This document shows positions 45,587-54,217 of a stretch of DNA of 56,398 bases, in pieces (within the stretch, counting starts at the first letter, position 1; each line of letters opens with the position of its first letter). The position numbers and the translations under genes are program-made. The DNA lies in the NCBI GenBank assembly GCA_048595045.1, contig JBMDXS010000241.1, positions 1 to 56,398 on the forward strand, read 5' to 3'. The DNA is from Acidimicrobiia bacterium (GTDB lineage Bacteria; Actinomycetota; Acidimicrobiia; Spongiisociales; ZC4RG35). The notes beneath the pieces were generated by a model that did not search any database, was not told the DNA's origin, and worked only from the letters and a program-made list of their open reading frames with translations.

Positions 45587-45672
45587 TGTCGGAGAGAGGA
45601 CTCGAACCTCCACGGGCTTAATCGCCCACCAGGCCCTCAACCTGGCGCGTCTACCAATTCCGCCACTCCGAC
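45587..45672 (-). tRNA. tRNA-Leu(GAG)
   Basis: GTCGGAG/CTCCGAC acceptor stem, GGCGGAATTGGTAGACGC D-arm, CCAGG-TTGAGGG-CCTGG anticodon arm, long variable arm, GGTTCGAGTCC T-arm. The 3' CCA is not fully encoded (CCG). Confidence 0.97.
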
Positions 45673-45696
45673 TGAAGCCGGGCGAGTCTACGCCGG

Positions 45697-45939
45697 TCAG
45701 CTGTTCAAGAGGAAGGTCAGCACGAAGGTGCTGATGGCAAAGGTGATCCCCACGATCACGGTGAGTCGGTCGAGGTTCCGTTCGACGATCGTGCTCCCGC
45801 CCAGGCTCGAGGTCGACATCCCACCGCCGAACACATCGGAGAGCCCCCCACCCTTACCCGAGTGGAGGAGCACCAGGGCCACGACGGCCAGGGAGAGGAG
45901 TATGTGGACGACGATTGCGATTGCTTCGACGACAGCCAT
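45697..45939 (-). CDS. secG: Preprotein translocase subunit SecG
   Basis: VLLHSGKGGGLSDVFGGG...ERNLDRLT, two TM segments; next to tRNA-Leu. Confidence 0.96.
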   Translation of the reverse strand: MAVVEAIAIVVHILLSLAVVALVLLHSGKGGGLSDVFGGGMSTSSLGGSTIVERNLDRLTVIVGITFAISTFVLTFLLNS

Positions 45940-46012
45940 TGCCTTGTTGAGGTAGGGATACCGCGCCGTCTCCGGCCGGTCACCTGATTGTACCAGGGAC
46001 CGGCGGCTTCAC

Positions 46013-46756
46013 CTATCCGGCTTGACGGGCGACGGCCTCGGCCGCGGCCGCCGCCGCCTCGGGATCACCGAGGTAGCGACTGGAGATCGGTCGAAAGGAA
46101 TCATCGAGCTCATAGACCAGGGGCAGCCCGGTGGGGATGTTCAACTCCACGATCGCCTCGTCGGTGAGCCCATCGAGATGTTTGACCAGGGCCCGGATCG
46201 AGTTCCCATGGGCCACCACGAGCGGGAGACGGCCGGCGATCAGGTCGTGGACCACGACATCATGCCAGTAAGGCAGCATGCGGACGACGACGTCTTTCAG
46301 GCACTCGGTTGCGGGGAGGAGATCGGGGGGCAGGTCCCGATAGCGGGGATCGTGGCGGGGGTGCCGCTCGTCATCCTCGTTCAGAGGAGGGGGCGGGATG
46401 TCGTAACTGCGACGCCACAACAGGACTTGTTCGGCACCGTGGCGATCGGCGGTCTCCTTCTTGTTCAGACCCTGCAAGTCTCCGTAGTGACGCTCGTTGA
46501 GCCGCCATGACCTGCGCACCGGGAGGTACTGCCGGCCCATCATCTTGAGGGCGATCTCGGCGGTGTCGATGGCCCTGACCAGGACCGACGTGTGGAGGAC
46601 ATCAGGATCCAGACCTTCCTCGCTCATGAGACGGCCCGCCTCCTTTGCCTCCTCCTCCCCGTGCTCGGTCAGCCCGACATCGGTCCAGCCGGTGAACAGA
46701 TTCTCCAGGTTCCAGGTCGACTGCCCATGCCGGAGCAGGATGAGGCGGTGGCTCAA
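46013..46756 (-). CDS. gpmA: 2,3-BPG-dependent phosphoglycerate mutase
   Basis: [34 protein letters not shown]. Confidence 0.97.
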   Translation of the reverse strand: MSHRLILLRHGQSTWNLENLFTGWTDVGLTEHGEEEAKEAGRLMSEEGLDPDVLHTSVLVRAIDTAEIALKMMGRQYLPVRRSWRLNERHYGDLQGLNKKETADRHGAEQVLLWRRSYDIPPPPLNEDDERHPRHDPRYRDLPPDLLPATECLKDVVVRMLPYWHDVVVHDLIAGRLPLVVAHGNSIRALVKHLDGLTDEAIVELNIPTGLPLVYELDDSFRPISSRYLGDPEAAAAAAEAVARQAG

Positions 46757-47526
46757 ACCCAGTACCTGACTATGGCGGCAAAGCTGTCGGGATCGAGCGA
46801 AGCACCACCCACGAGGGCTCCGTCGACGTCGCCTTTGGCCATGAAGTCCCTGATGTTCGCCGCGTTGACCGACCCGCCGTAGAGGAGTCGCACCCCCTCC
46901 GCAGCTTCAGGTGAGATCTTGTTCGAAACCGTCTCCCTGATGATCCCGGCCATCATGCCGGCGTCGTCCGGAAGTGCGGTCCTCCCGGTCCCGATCGCCC
47001 AGATCGGCTCGTAGGCGATCGAGGACGAGGCTACGGCCCCCGGGTCGAGACCGGCCAGTGACCCGATCACCTGGGAGACCACGACATTCTCCGCCTCCCC
47101 TTCTTCACGCTGCTCGAGCGTCTCACCGACGCAAACGATCGGGGTCATCCCGGCTTCGGCGACGGCTCGCGCCTTCCTGGCTACCAGTTCATCGGTCTCG
47201 CCGAATCCCTGCCTCCGCTCCGAGTGACCGACGATCACATGGCGCACCGAGAGCTTGGCCAGCATCGGGGCCGACACCTCTCCGGTGAACGCCCCGGACT
47301 CCTCCCAGTGAGCGTTCTGAGCGCCGAGGACGATGCGGAGCCGGTCGGCCTCGATCACGGTCTGGACCGAGCGCAGGGAGGTGAAAGGAGGGGCAACGAC
47401 CACCTCGACCCGGTCGTAGTCGCCGTGGTCGAGACGGTAGGAGAGCTTCTGCACCATCTGTATCGCCTCGAGATGGCTGGCATTCATCTTCCAGTTGCCG
47501 ACGATCAGGACCTTGCGGCCGCTCAC
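46753..47526 (-). CDS. tpiA: Triosephosphate isomerase
   Basis: [35 protein letters not shown]; GTG 47526 overlaps the pgk TGA. Confidence 0.98.
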   Translation of the reverse strand: MSGRKVLIVGNWKMNASHLEAIQMVQKLSYRLDHGDYDRVEVVVAPPFTSLRSVQTVIEADRLRIVLGAQNAHWEESGAFTGEVSAPMLAKLSVRHVIVGHSERRQGFGETDELVARKARAVAEAGMTPIVCVGETLEQREEGEAENVVVSQVIGSLAGLDPGAVASSSIAYEPIWAIGTGRTALPDDAGMMAGIIRETVSNKISPEAAEGVRLLYGGSVNAANIRDFMAKGDVDGALVGGASLDPDSFAAIVRYWV

Positions 47527-48668
47527 GAGCGGCTCCCGGCCCATCTCGAAAGCACCGCGACTCCGGGCAGCTCGCGGCCCTCCAAGAGCTCGAGCCCTGC
47601 TCCCCCGCCGGTGGAGACATGGGAAACCTCGGATTCGAGCCCCAGCGCACGCAACGCCGCGACCGAGTCGCCTCCACCCACGGCAGTGAACGCCGTGGTC
47701 TCGGCCATGGCCCGGGCTATCGCCTCGGTGCCGGCTCGAAACGGCTCCCACTCGAAAACTCCCATGGGCCCGTTCCAGAAGACAGTCTCCGCGGTTCGAA
47801 TCACCGAAGCGAAGAGCTGGTTGGTCTCACGCCCCACATCGAGGCCGGTCCAACCGGGCGGGATCTCCTTCACATAGGTCACCTTGTGCTCGGCGGTCTC
47901 GGTGAACTCCCGGGCGACCACTACGTCGACTGGGAGGATGATCTTCTCCGAGTCCGGGCCGTCGAGGAACCGTTTCACCGAGTCGAGCTGGTCCTCTTCG
48001 ACGAGTGATGTCCCCACTTCCTCCCCTTTTGCCTTGAGGATGGTGAAGCACATGCCCCCGCCGATCAGCATGACGTCCACCCTGGGAAGGAGGTTCTCGA
48101 TCACTCCGAGCTTGTCCGAGACCTTGGCGCCACCGAGGACCACCACATACGGCACCTCCGGGTCGACCAAGAAGCGCCTGAATGCCTCGAGCTCGCCCAC
48201 CAGGAGTGGCCCGGCAACCGACCTGACCAGTTCCGCCACGCCGACCGTGGAGGCGTGTGCCCGATGCACCGAGCCAAAGGCATCTTGGACGAAGAGACCG
48301 ACGTCCTCGGCGAGCCGAGCGGCCATGGCGGGGTCGTTCCCCGTCTCCCCCGGATCGAAGCGGGTGTTCTCCATTACGGTGATCTGGCCACCCGTCCCGA
48401 ACCCGACCTCCTTCTCGGTCAGGGCTGCCATCGCATCGGCACCCGGTCGCAGCGAGTAGGCGGGGTCGGGCCCGTCGGGGCGGCCGAGATGTGAGCAGAC
48501 TCTGACCCTGGCCCCCCCGTCGACCAGACGCTCCAGGGTGGGAAGGGCGGCCCGGATCCTGAAATCGTCGCTGATCGCGCCGTCCTCGAGAGGGACGTTC
48601 AGATCGGAGCGAACCAGGACGTCGATACCGTCGACGTCGACGTCGTCAAGAGTCAGGTACTCGGGCAT
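47523..48668 (-). CDS. pgk: Phosphoglycerate kinase
   Basis: RSDLNVP, SHLGRP, HRAHAS, GGAKVSDK, WNGPMGVFE, GGGDS, STGGGA. Start at ATG 48668. Confidence 0.98.
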   Translation of the reverse strand: MPEYLTLDDVDVDGIDVLVRSDLNVPLEDGAISDDFRIRAALPTLERLVDGGARVRVCSHLGRPDGPDPAYSLRPGADAMAALTEKEVGFGTGGQITVMENTRFDPGETGNDPAMAARLAEDVGLFVQDAFGSVHRAHASTVGVAELVRSVAGPLLVGELEAFRRFLVDPEVPYVVVLGGAKVSDKLGVIENLLPRVDVMLIGGGMCFTILKAKGEEVGTSLVEEDQLDSVKRFLDGPDSEKIILPVDVVVAREFTETAEHKVTYVKEIPPGWTGLDVGRETNQLFASVIRTAETVFWNGPMGVFEWEPFRAGTEAIARAMAETTAFTAVGGGDSVAALRALGLESEVSHVSTGGGAGLELLEGRELPGVAVLSRWAGSRS

Positions 48669-48673
48669 TCCTC

Positions 48674-49651
48674 TCAGTCCTCGGTGACTGCCAGCTTCTC
48701 CAGCACCCGCCCCAGTTTGAGGGGGTCGTGCGCGGGCCAGTCTGCCGTCTCCTCGGCGACATCCGCAAAGACGACGCGCCACCCGTGTCGGGCGGCGTCC
48801 TCGGCGGCGATCAACACCGGCTCGTGACCCTTGGGCACGTCCAGTGGCCCGTCGTGCGCGACCACGATGCCGGGCCCGGCCACGCCGACGTGTTTCGCCA
48901 GTGCCTCGACGTGGTCGGCCCCACTCATCCCAAAGGTCTCTGCATCCTGGGTCACCAGATTGAGGACGAAGACACGCTGAGCAGTGGCGCTCATGATCGC
49001 CGGGGCAAGCATGTTCACTTTCAGAGCCGACAGGATCGACGTGTAGAGGCTGCCCGGTCCGATGACGATCTGGTCGGCGGCGGCGACCGCGGCCAGGGCG
49101 CGGCGGGTAGCCGCCACGTCTCTCGGCTCTATGTGCAGCTCAGAGAGGTCACCGGCCGTCTGGGAGATCCTCTTCTGCCCGGTGACCTCGCTGCCATCGA
49201 TCGTCGCGGACAGGGTGATGGGTTGGTCGGCCACCGGGATGACCGACCCCAACGTGCCCAGCATTCGCTCGGCTGTCTCGACCGCCGACTCGAAGTCGCC
49301 GAACAGGTCGGCCAATCCGGCGAGGATGAGGTTGCCCAACGAATGCTCGGCGACGTCGCCACCGGTGAATCGGTGTGAGAAGAGCTCGGACCACAGGGAA
49401 GGCTCGGGGGTCAGGGCGAGCAGACATCGGCGAACGTCACCAGGTGGGGGGATGCCCAAGCCGCTGAGACGGCCCGAAGAGCCCCCGTCATCACCCACGG
49501 CGACCAGAGCCGATATCTCCCCGGCGTAACACTGGATCGCCTCCAGTGCGGCAGCTTGCCCGTGCCCGCCGCCAAGGGCGACCACCACCGGTCCTTGCGG
49601 ATCGAGGAGGAGCGGGGCCAGGGCGGGATCGGTCTGGGTTTGTGGCTTCAA
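48674..49651 (-). CDS. yvcK: YvcK/CuvA (GlmR) family UDP-GlcNAc-binding protein
   Basis: LGGGHG, DDGGSSGRL, PPGDVR, HSLGNL, GPGSLYTS. Confidence 0.93.
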   Translation of the reverse strand: MKPQTQTDPALAPLLLDPQGPVVVALGGGHGQAAALEAIQCYAGEISALVAVGDDGGSSGRLSGLGIPPPGDVRRCLLALTPEPSLWSELFSHRFTGGDVAEHSLGNLILAGLADLFGDFESAVETAERMLGTLGSVIPVADQPITLSATIDGSEVTGQKRISQTAGDLSELHIEPRDVAATRRALAAVAAADQIVIGPGSLYTSILSALKVNMLAPAIMSATAQRVFVLNLVTQDAETFGMSGADHVEALAKHVGVAGPGIVVAHDGPLDVPKGHEPVLIAAEDAARHGWRVVFADVAEETADWPAHDPLKLGRVLEKLAVTED

Positions 49652-50523
49652 CGTTCTATGTCGCGGTGACGGACCGTGGCAGTGATGCCGTGTTGGGCCA
49701 ACCGGCGGCGCAACTCCTCGGCGATGGCCACGGAACGATGGTGGCCGCCCGTGCAGCCGATCCCAACGGAGAGATAGGACTTGCCCTCGGCTTCGAAATG
49801 CGGGATGAGGAATGCCAGCATCTCGTCGGCACGATCGACGAACTCCTTGGCCGCTTCCTCCCCCATCACGTATTCGGCGACGCGCTCATCGGTGCCACGC
49901 AACGGCCTCAGCTCGGGAACCCAATGCGGGTTGGGCAGAAACCTCACATCGAAGAGGAGGTCGACGTCACGGGGAGAGCCGTTCTTGAATCCGAATGACC
50001 GGATGGAGACACGCATCGGGCGTGTCATCTCCTCTTCGCTGAACTGGGCGGTCAGCTGGTCCCGTAGCTCGTGGATGTTGAGTGTCGACGTGTCGACGGT
50101 CACGTCGGCTTCCTCTCTCAGCTCGGAGAGCAGCTCCCTCTCAGCGGCGATGGACTCGGAGATCGTCTCATGCCCCAGGGGATGGGGCCGCTTGTTCTCC
50201 TCGTATCGGGACACGATCACGTCGTCGTCGGCGTCGAGGAACACGACCCGGGTCATGACGCCCTCCCGACTCAGCTCCTTGATCGCCTCGCGGAGCTCCC
50301 CGATGGGCAGGCCACCTCTCGAGTCGATCACCACGGCGAGACGCTTGTGTCGTTGCTCCGGTATGTCGTGTGACTGCGCTGCCGGCACCAGAAGACGTGG
50401 AGGGAGGTTGTCGATGACGGTGTATCCGAGGTCCTCGAGGACCTTCGCCGCAGACGATCGACCGGCGCCCGACATGCCGGTGACCACGAGAACGTGCGGG
50501 TGATCGGTTGCAGCAAGCTCCAT
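49648..50523 (-). CDS. rapZ: RNase adapter RapZ (YvcJ)
   Basis: TGMSGAGRS, IDNLP, SFGFKNG, DVRFLPNP, GCTGGHHRSV. Confidence 0.96.
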   Translation of the reverse strand: MELAATDHPHVLVVTGMSGAGRSSAAKVLEDLGYTVIDNLPPRLLVPAAQSHDIPEQRHKRLAVVIDSRGGLPIGELREAIKELSREGVMTRVVFLDADDDVIVSRYEENKRPHPLGHETISESIAAERELLSELREEADVTVDTSTLNIHELRDQLTAQFSEEEMTRPMRVSIRSFGFKNGSPRDVDLLFDVRFLPNPHWVPELRPLRGTDERVAEYVMGEEAAKEFVDRADEMLAFLIPHFEAEGKSYLSVGIGCTGGHHRSVAIAEELRRRLAQHGITATVRHRDIER

Positions 50524-50535
50524 CGGTGCTCTCGA

Positions 50536-52362
50536 TCAGTTGTGCAGCGCAGCGTACAGATCGTCGGCCACGTTCTTCGGGACCACCTCGGCCAACGAAT
50601 CTGCCCCTGCCTCCCGCAGTCTCTTCAGAGACCCGAATCGTTTCAAGAGGTCCCTCTTCCGCTTGGGCCCGATACCCGGCACCTCGTCGAGGACGGAGTC
50701 GACCATCGACCTGGAGCGAAGCTGTCGGTGGTATGTGATGGCAAAGCGGTGGGCCTCGTCGCGCACCTGCTGGAGGAGGTACAGGGCTTCGGCGTCCCTG
50801 GGGATGCGGAGCGGCTCGGGGTTTCCGGGCAGATAGACCTCCTCCATTCGCTTGGCCAGACCGATCGCCGGGATGTCGAGCTCGAGCTCGTCGAGCACCT
50901 TCACCGCACGACCCAACTGCCCGGCCCCACCGTCCACCAGCACCAACGACGGTGGGTAGGAGAAGCGGCCGTGCTCGCTGACGGGCCTGTCCCGCTCGGC
51001 GAGGTAGGCGCGAAACCGCCTTCGGATCGTCTCCTCCATCGCCGCGAAGTCGTCCTGGCCCTGGAGGGTGCGCATCTTGAACCTGCGATAGTCCGATCGC
51101 TTCGGGATTCCGTCCTCGAGGACGACCATCGACGACACGGTGTTGGTGCCCTGGAGGGTGGAGATGTCGAATGCCTCGATCCGGAGCGGCGGCTCGGGGA
51201 GGTCGAGCACCTCCTGGAGCGATCGGAGGGCCTTGGCCCTGGCATTGTGGTCCTGGCTCCGCTTGAGACGGTGTCGGGCGAAGGCTTCGGCCGCATTGGT
51301 CCTCGTGGTTTCCATCAGACGTCGTTTCGCCCCCCGAGTGGGGACCCGAAGGCTCACCTTGGTCCCCCTCCGTTCGGCCAGCCACGTCTGGAGAAGTTCC
51401 TTCTCGGCCGGCTCGATCTCGACCAGGACCTGGCGTGGGGGGTCGTCCGCGCCGTAGAGCTCCCGTATCACCCTGCCCATCAGCTCGGCATCGGTCAACT
51501 CCTCCACCCGGTCGACAACGGTCCCCAACCGTCCGACGAGCCGGCCCTTGCGGACGTGGAGGATCTGAAAGGCAGATTCCAGCTCATCCCCATGGAAGGC
51601 GATCAGATCGAAGTCCTCGGGGCGATCGGTGACTACCTCCTGGCGGAGCAGGGCCCGGCGGACATCGTCGATCCGGTCACGATGTCGCGCCGCCAGCTCG
51701 AACTCCCTGCGCTCGGATGCGGCCCACATCTTCTGATCGAGATCGGCCAGCACCTCCTCGGTGTCCCCACGGAGAAAGGCGGCCAGACCGTCCACCATCT
51801 GCTGGTAGTCCTCTCGGGTGACGGCGTCTATGCACGGACCGGAGCATTTCTCGATGTGAAAGAGAAGACAGGGCCGGCCCTGAGCTCGCTGCCGCTCGAA
51901 GAACGAGTCGGTGCAGGTCCTGACGGGGAAGGTGCGCAACAGCTGGTCCAACGTCTTCCGTATCGCATAGGTGTGGGCGTACGGCCCGAAGTACTCGTTC
52001 CCTTTCCGCTTCGCCCCCCTCATGACCCTGGCCCGGGGCCACTCGTCGCCACGGGTGATGGCCAGATACGGATATGACTTGTCATCGACCAGCTTCACGT
52101 TGAAGCGCGGCCGGTGTTGCTTGATGAGTGAGAACTCGAGCATCAGGGCGGCGACCTCAGACTCGGTGATGATCCATTCGACCGCCCGGGCGTTGTCGAC
52201 CATCGCCTGGGTCCGTGGGTGGAGGCCCACCCCGAAATATGACGGGACACGGCTTCTCAGGCTCTTCGCCTTGCCGACATAGACCACTTTCCCGTGCTTG
52301 TCCCGGAAGAGATAGGCACCGGGTTGGTCAGGTATCTCCGATGTCTTGGGTCGTTCGAACAC
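50536..52362 (-). CDS. uvrC: Excinuclease ABC subunit C
   Basis: GIY-YIG (PGAY...YVGKAKSL), Cys cluster, UVR domain, EAFDIS, DGGAGQ, HhH. Confidence 0.98.
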   Translation of the reverse strand: MFERPKTSEIPDQPGAYLFRDKHGKVVYVGKAKSLRSRVPSYFGVGLHPRTQAMVDNARAVEWIITESEVAALMLEFSLIKQHRPRFNVKLVDDKSYPYLAITRGDEWPRARVMRGAKRKGNEYFGPYAHTYAIRKTLDQLLRTFPVRTCTDSFFERQRAQGRPCLLFHIEKCSGPCIDAVTREDYQQMVDGLAAFLRGDTEEVLADLDQKMWAASERREFELAARHRDRIDDVRRALLRQEVVTDRPEDFDLIAFHGDELESAFQILHVRKGRLVGRLGTVVDRVEELTDAELMGRVIRELYGADDPPRQVLVEIEPAEKELLQTWLAERRGTKVSLRVPTRGAKRRLMETTRTNAAEAFARHRLKRSQDHNARAKALRSLQEVLDLPEPPLRIEAFDISTLQGTNTVSSMVVLEDGIPKRSDYRRFKMRTLQGQDDFAAMEETIRRRFRAYLAERDRPVSEHGRFSYPPSLVLVDGGAGQLGRAVKVLDELELDIPAIGLAKRMEEVYLPGNPEPLRIPRDAEALYLLQQVRDEAHRFAITYHRQLRSRSMVDSVLDEVPGIGPKRKRDLLKRFGSLKRLREAGADSLAEVVPKNVADDLYAALHN

Positions 52363-52368
52363 GCCCGA

Positions 52369-53043
52369 TCAGGGTAGGAGTCGCCATCGGCAAGCCAGCA
52401 GCCTGAGAATGCCTGCCTGGTCGACCAGCTCGTGGTGCGGGGCCTCGATCAGCCGCTCCAGCGACCACCCGGCAAACGCTGCAGATTCGACGATGTCACC
52501 CATCGTGCGATGGTGAAACACGATCTCCTGGCCCCCGGCACGCTCGAGCAGAGCCCCACGATCGAAGTAGCTCCCCGGACGCCACAGCAGCTCATCGTCC
52601 GGGTAGCTGATCGGTGAAGACCCCGGAGCGGTCCAATGGGGGTGGTTCATCACCAGGGCAAGGACACCGCCCGGTCTCACCACCCGGGCCGCCTCGGCAA
52701 AGAGCCGACCGTGATCCTCGATGTGCTCGATGACCAGGACGCAGACCGCCCCGTCGAAAGAGTCATCACGGAGAAACCCGAGGTCGGGCAATGAGCCCTC
52801 GGCTATCGGCCCTGCTGAGACGGCTCTTCGAGCCAGGTGGTGGTTCATCTCGACGCCAATTGGCCTGGCACCGGCGGCGGCAAGCATCCGCATGACCCGC
52901 CCCTCACCACAGCCGAGGTCGAGATAGGTCTTGCCCACCTCGGCGCTCATCACGTCGAGCAGCATCGGGGTCACCACACGGTCGTAAGCGGGGTCGGTGG
53001 CGATCTCTTCGAGCCACCACTCGGTCAGGTCGGCCCAGGACAT
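52369..53043 (-). CDS. Class I SAM-dependent methyltransferase
   Basis: LDLGCGEG, DSFD, RVVRPGG. Confidence 0.88.
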   Translation of the reverse strand: MSWADLTEWWLEEIATDPAYDRVVTPMLLDVMSAEVGKTYLDLGCGEGRVMRMLAAAGARPIGVEMNHHLARRAVSAGPIAEGSLPDLGFLRDDSFDGAVCVLVIEHIEDHGRLFAEAARVVRPGGVLALVMNHPHWTAPGSSPISYPDDELLWRPGSYFDRGALLERAGGQEIVFHHRTMGDIVESAAFAGWSLERLIEAPHHELVDQAGILRLLACRWRLLP

Positions 53044-53164
53044 GGCCCTATTCTGGTGGCCGGGTCAGACCGAGCTGATCACCCGCACCATGCGGCGACG
53101 ATGGCGGAGAGACCAGCCACGACCATCCGACCCTGTCGCGGTGACTGCCCGGGCCAGAGACCTG

Positions 53165-54166
53165 TCAGTAGCCGAGGACTTCCTTGAACCAAGGGAGGGT
53201 GCGGCTCAGACCCTCGCGTAGGGTGATCTGCGCCTTCCAGCCAAGAACCCGCTCCGCCTTGCTGGTGTCGGGGCGTCGCACCATCGGATCGTCGGTCGGC
53301 CTCGGGTGTAGCTCGACACCGGGATGGTTGCCCACCACGTCCTGAACGGTCTCGGCCAGCTCGAGCATGGTCACCTCTTCGGGGTTGCCGAGGTTCACCG
53401 GGCCGGTCTCGTCGGAGAGGAGCAACCTCAGGATTCCCTCCACCTCGTCATCGACGTAGCACAGGGAGCGGGTCTGCGACCCGTCGCCGAAGACGGGAAG
53501 CGGGCGGTTCTCCAGCGCCGCCTTGAAGAAGGCAGGAACCGCTCGGCCGTCGTCGGGCCGCATACGGGGCCCGTAGGTGTTGAAGATGCGCACGATCCTG
53601 GTGTCCACTTCGTGCTCGCGGTTGTAGGCCAGGGTCAAGGCCTCGGCGAACCGCTTGGCCTCGTCATAGACACCCCGGGGCCCGATCGGGTTGACATTCC
53701 CCCAATAGGTCTCCGGTTGGGGGTTCACCTGGGGATCTCCGTAGACCTCCGAGGTGGAGGCGAGGAAGAAGGTGGCACCCTTGGCGTAGGCCAGCCCCAG
53801 ACCCTTGTGGGTCCCGAAGGCGCCGACCTTGAGGGTGTGAATCGGCCACTTCAGATAGTCGACCGGGGAGGCGGGCGAAGCGAAGTTCATGACGTAGTCC
53901 ACTTCGCCGGACACGTGGAGATAGTCGGTGACGTCGTAGTCGATGAGCCGGAACTTTCGGTCCCCCAGCAGATGGGAGACGTTGGCCGAGCTGCCGGTGA
54001 TCAGGTTGTCGATACAGGTGACCTTCGCCCCCGAATAGACGAGCCAGGTGCACACGTGTGACCCGAGGAAGCCGGCGCCCCCCAGGACCACGGCGTGCTT
54101 TCCCTCCAATTCCCTGAAGCCGCCGAAAGCAGAGCGGCGCATGTCGAACACGTCTGAGACCTCCAA
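53165..54166 (-). CDS. UDP-glucuronate decarboxylase-like extended SDR
   Basis: [45 protein letters not shown]. Start uncertain. Confidence 0.92.
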   Translation of the reverse strand: MEVSDVFDMRRSAFGGFRELEGKHAVVLGGAGFLGSHVCTWLVYSGAKVTCIDNLITGSSANVSHLLGDRKFRLIDYDVTDYLHVSGEVDYVMNFASPASPVDYLKWPIHTLKVGAFGTHKGLGLAYAKGATFFLASTSEVYGDPQVNPQPETYWGNVNPIGPRGVYDEAKRFAEALTLAYNREHEVDTRIVRIFNTYGPRMRPDDGRAVPAFFKAALENRPLPVFGDGSQTRSLCYVDDEVEGILRLLLSDETGPVNLGNPEEVTMLELAETVQDVVGNHPGVELHPRPTDDPMVRRPDTSKAERVLGWKAQITLREGLSRTLPWFKEVLGY

Positions 54167-54217
54167 AGCCTTGTCAGGGTATATCGGCAGGGTGTTGAGC
54201 GAGTTGAAGGGAACGGC

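Noticed and set aside
45584-45587. tRNA-Leu lacking an encoded CCA as a pseudogene or att scar
   Set aside because: Non-encoded CCA is common in Actinobacteria and all arms pair normally.
54171-54193. TTGTCAG-N10-CAGGGT PafBC-like motif on the plus strand
   Set aside because: It points antisense into the uvrA 3' end with no downstream gene and overlaps the minus-strand promoter region of the SDR gene; likely chance.
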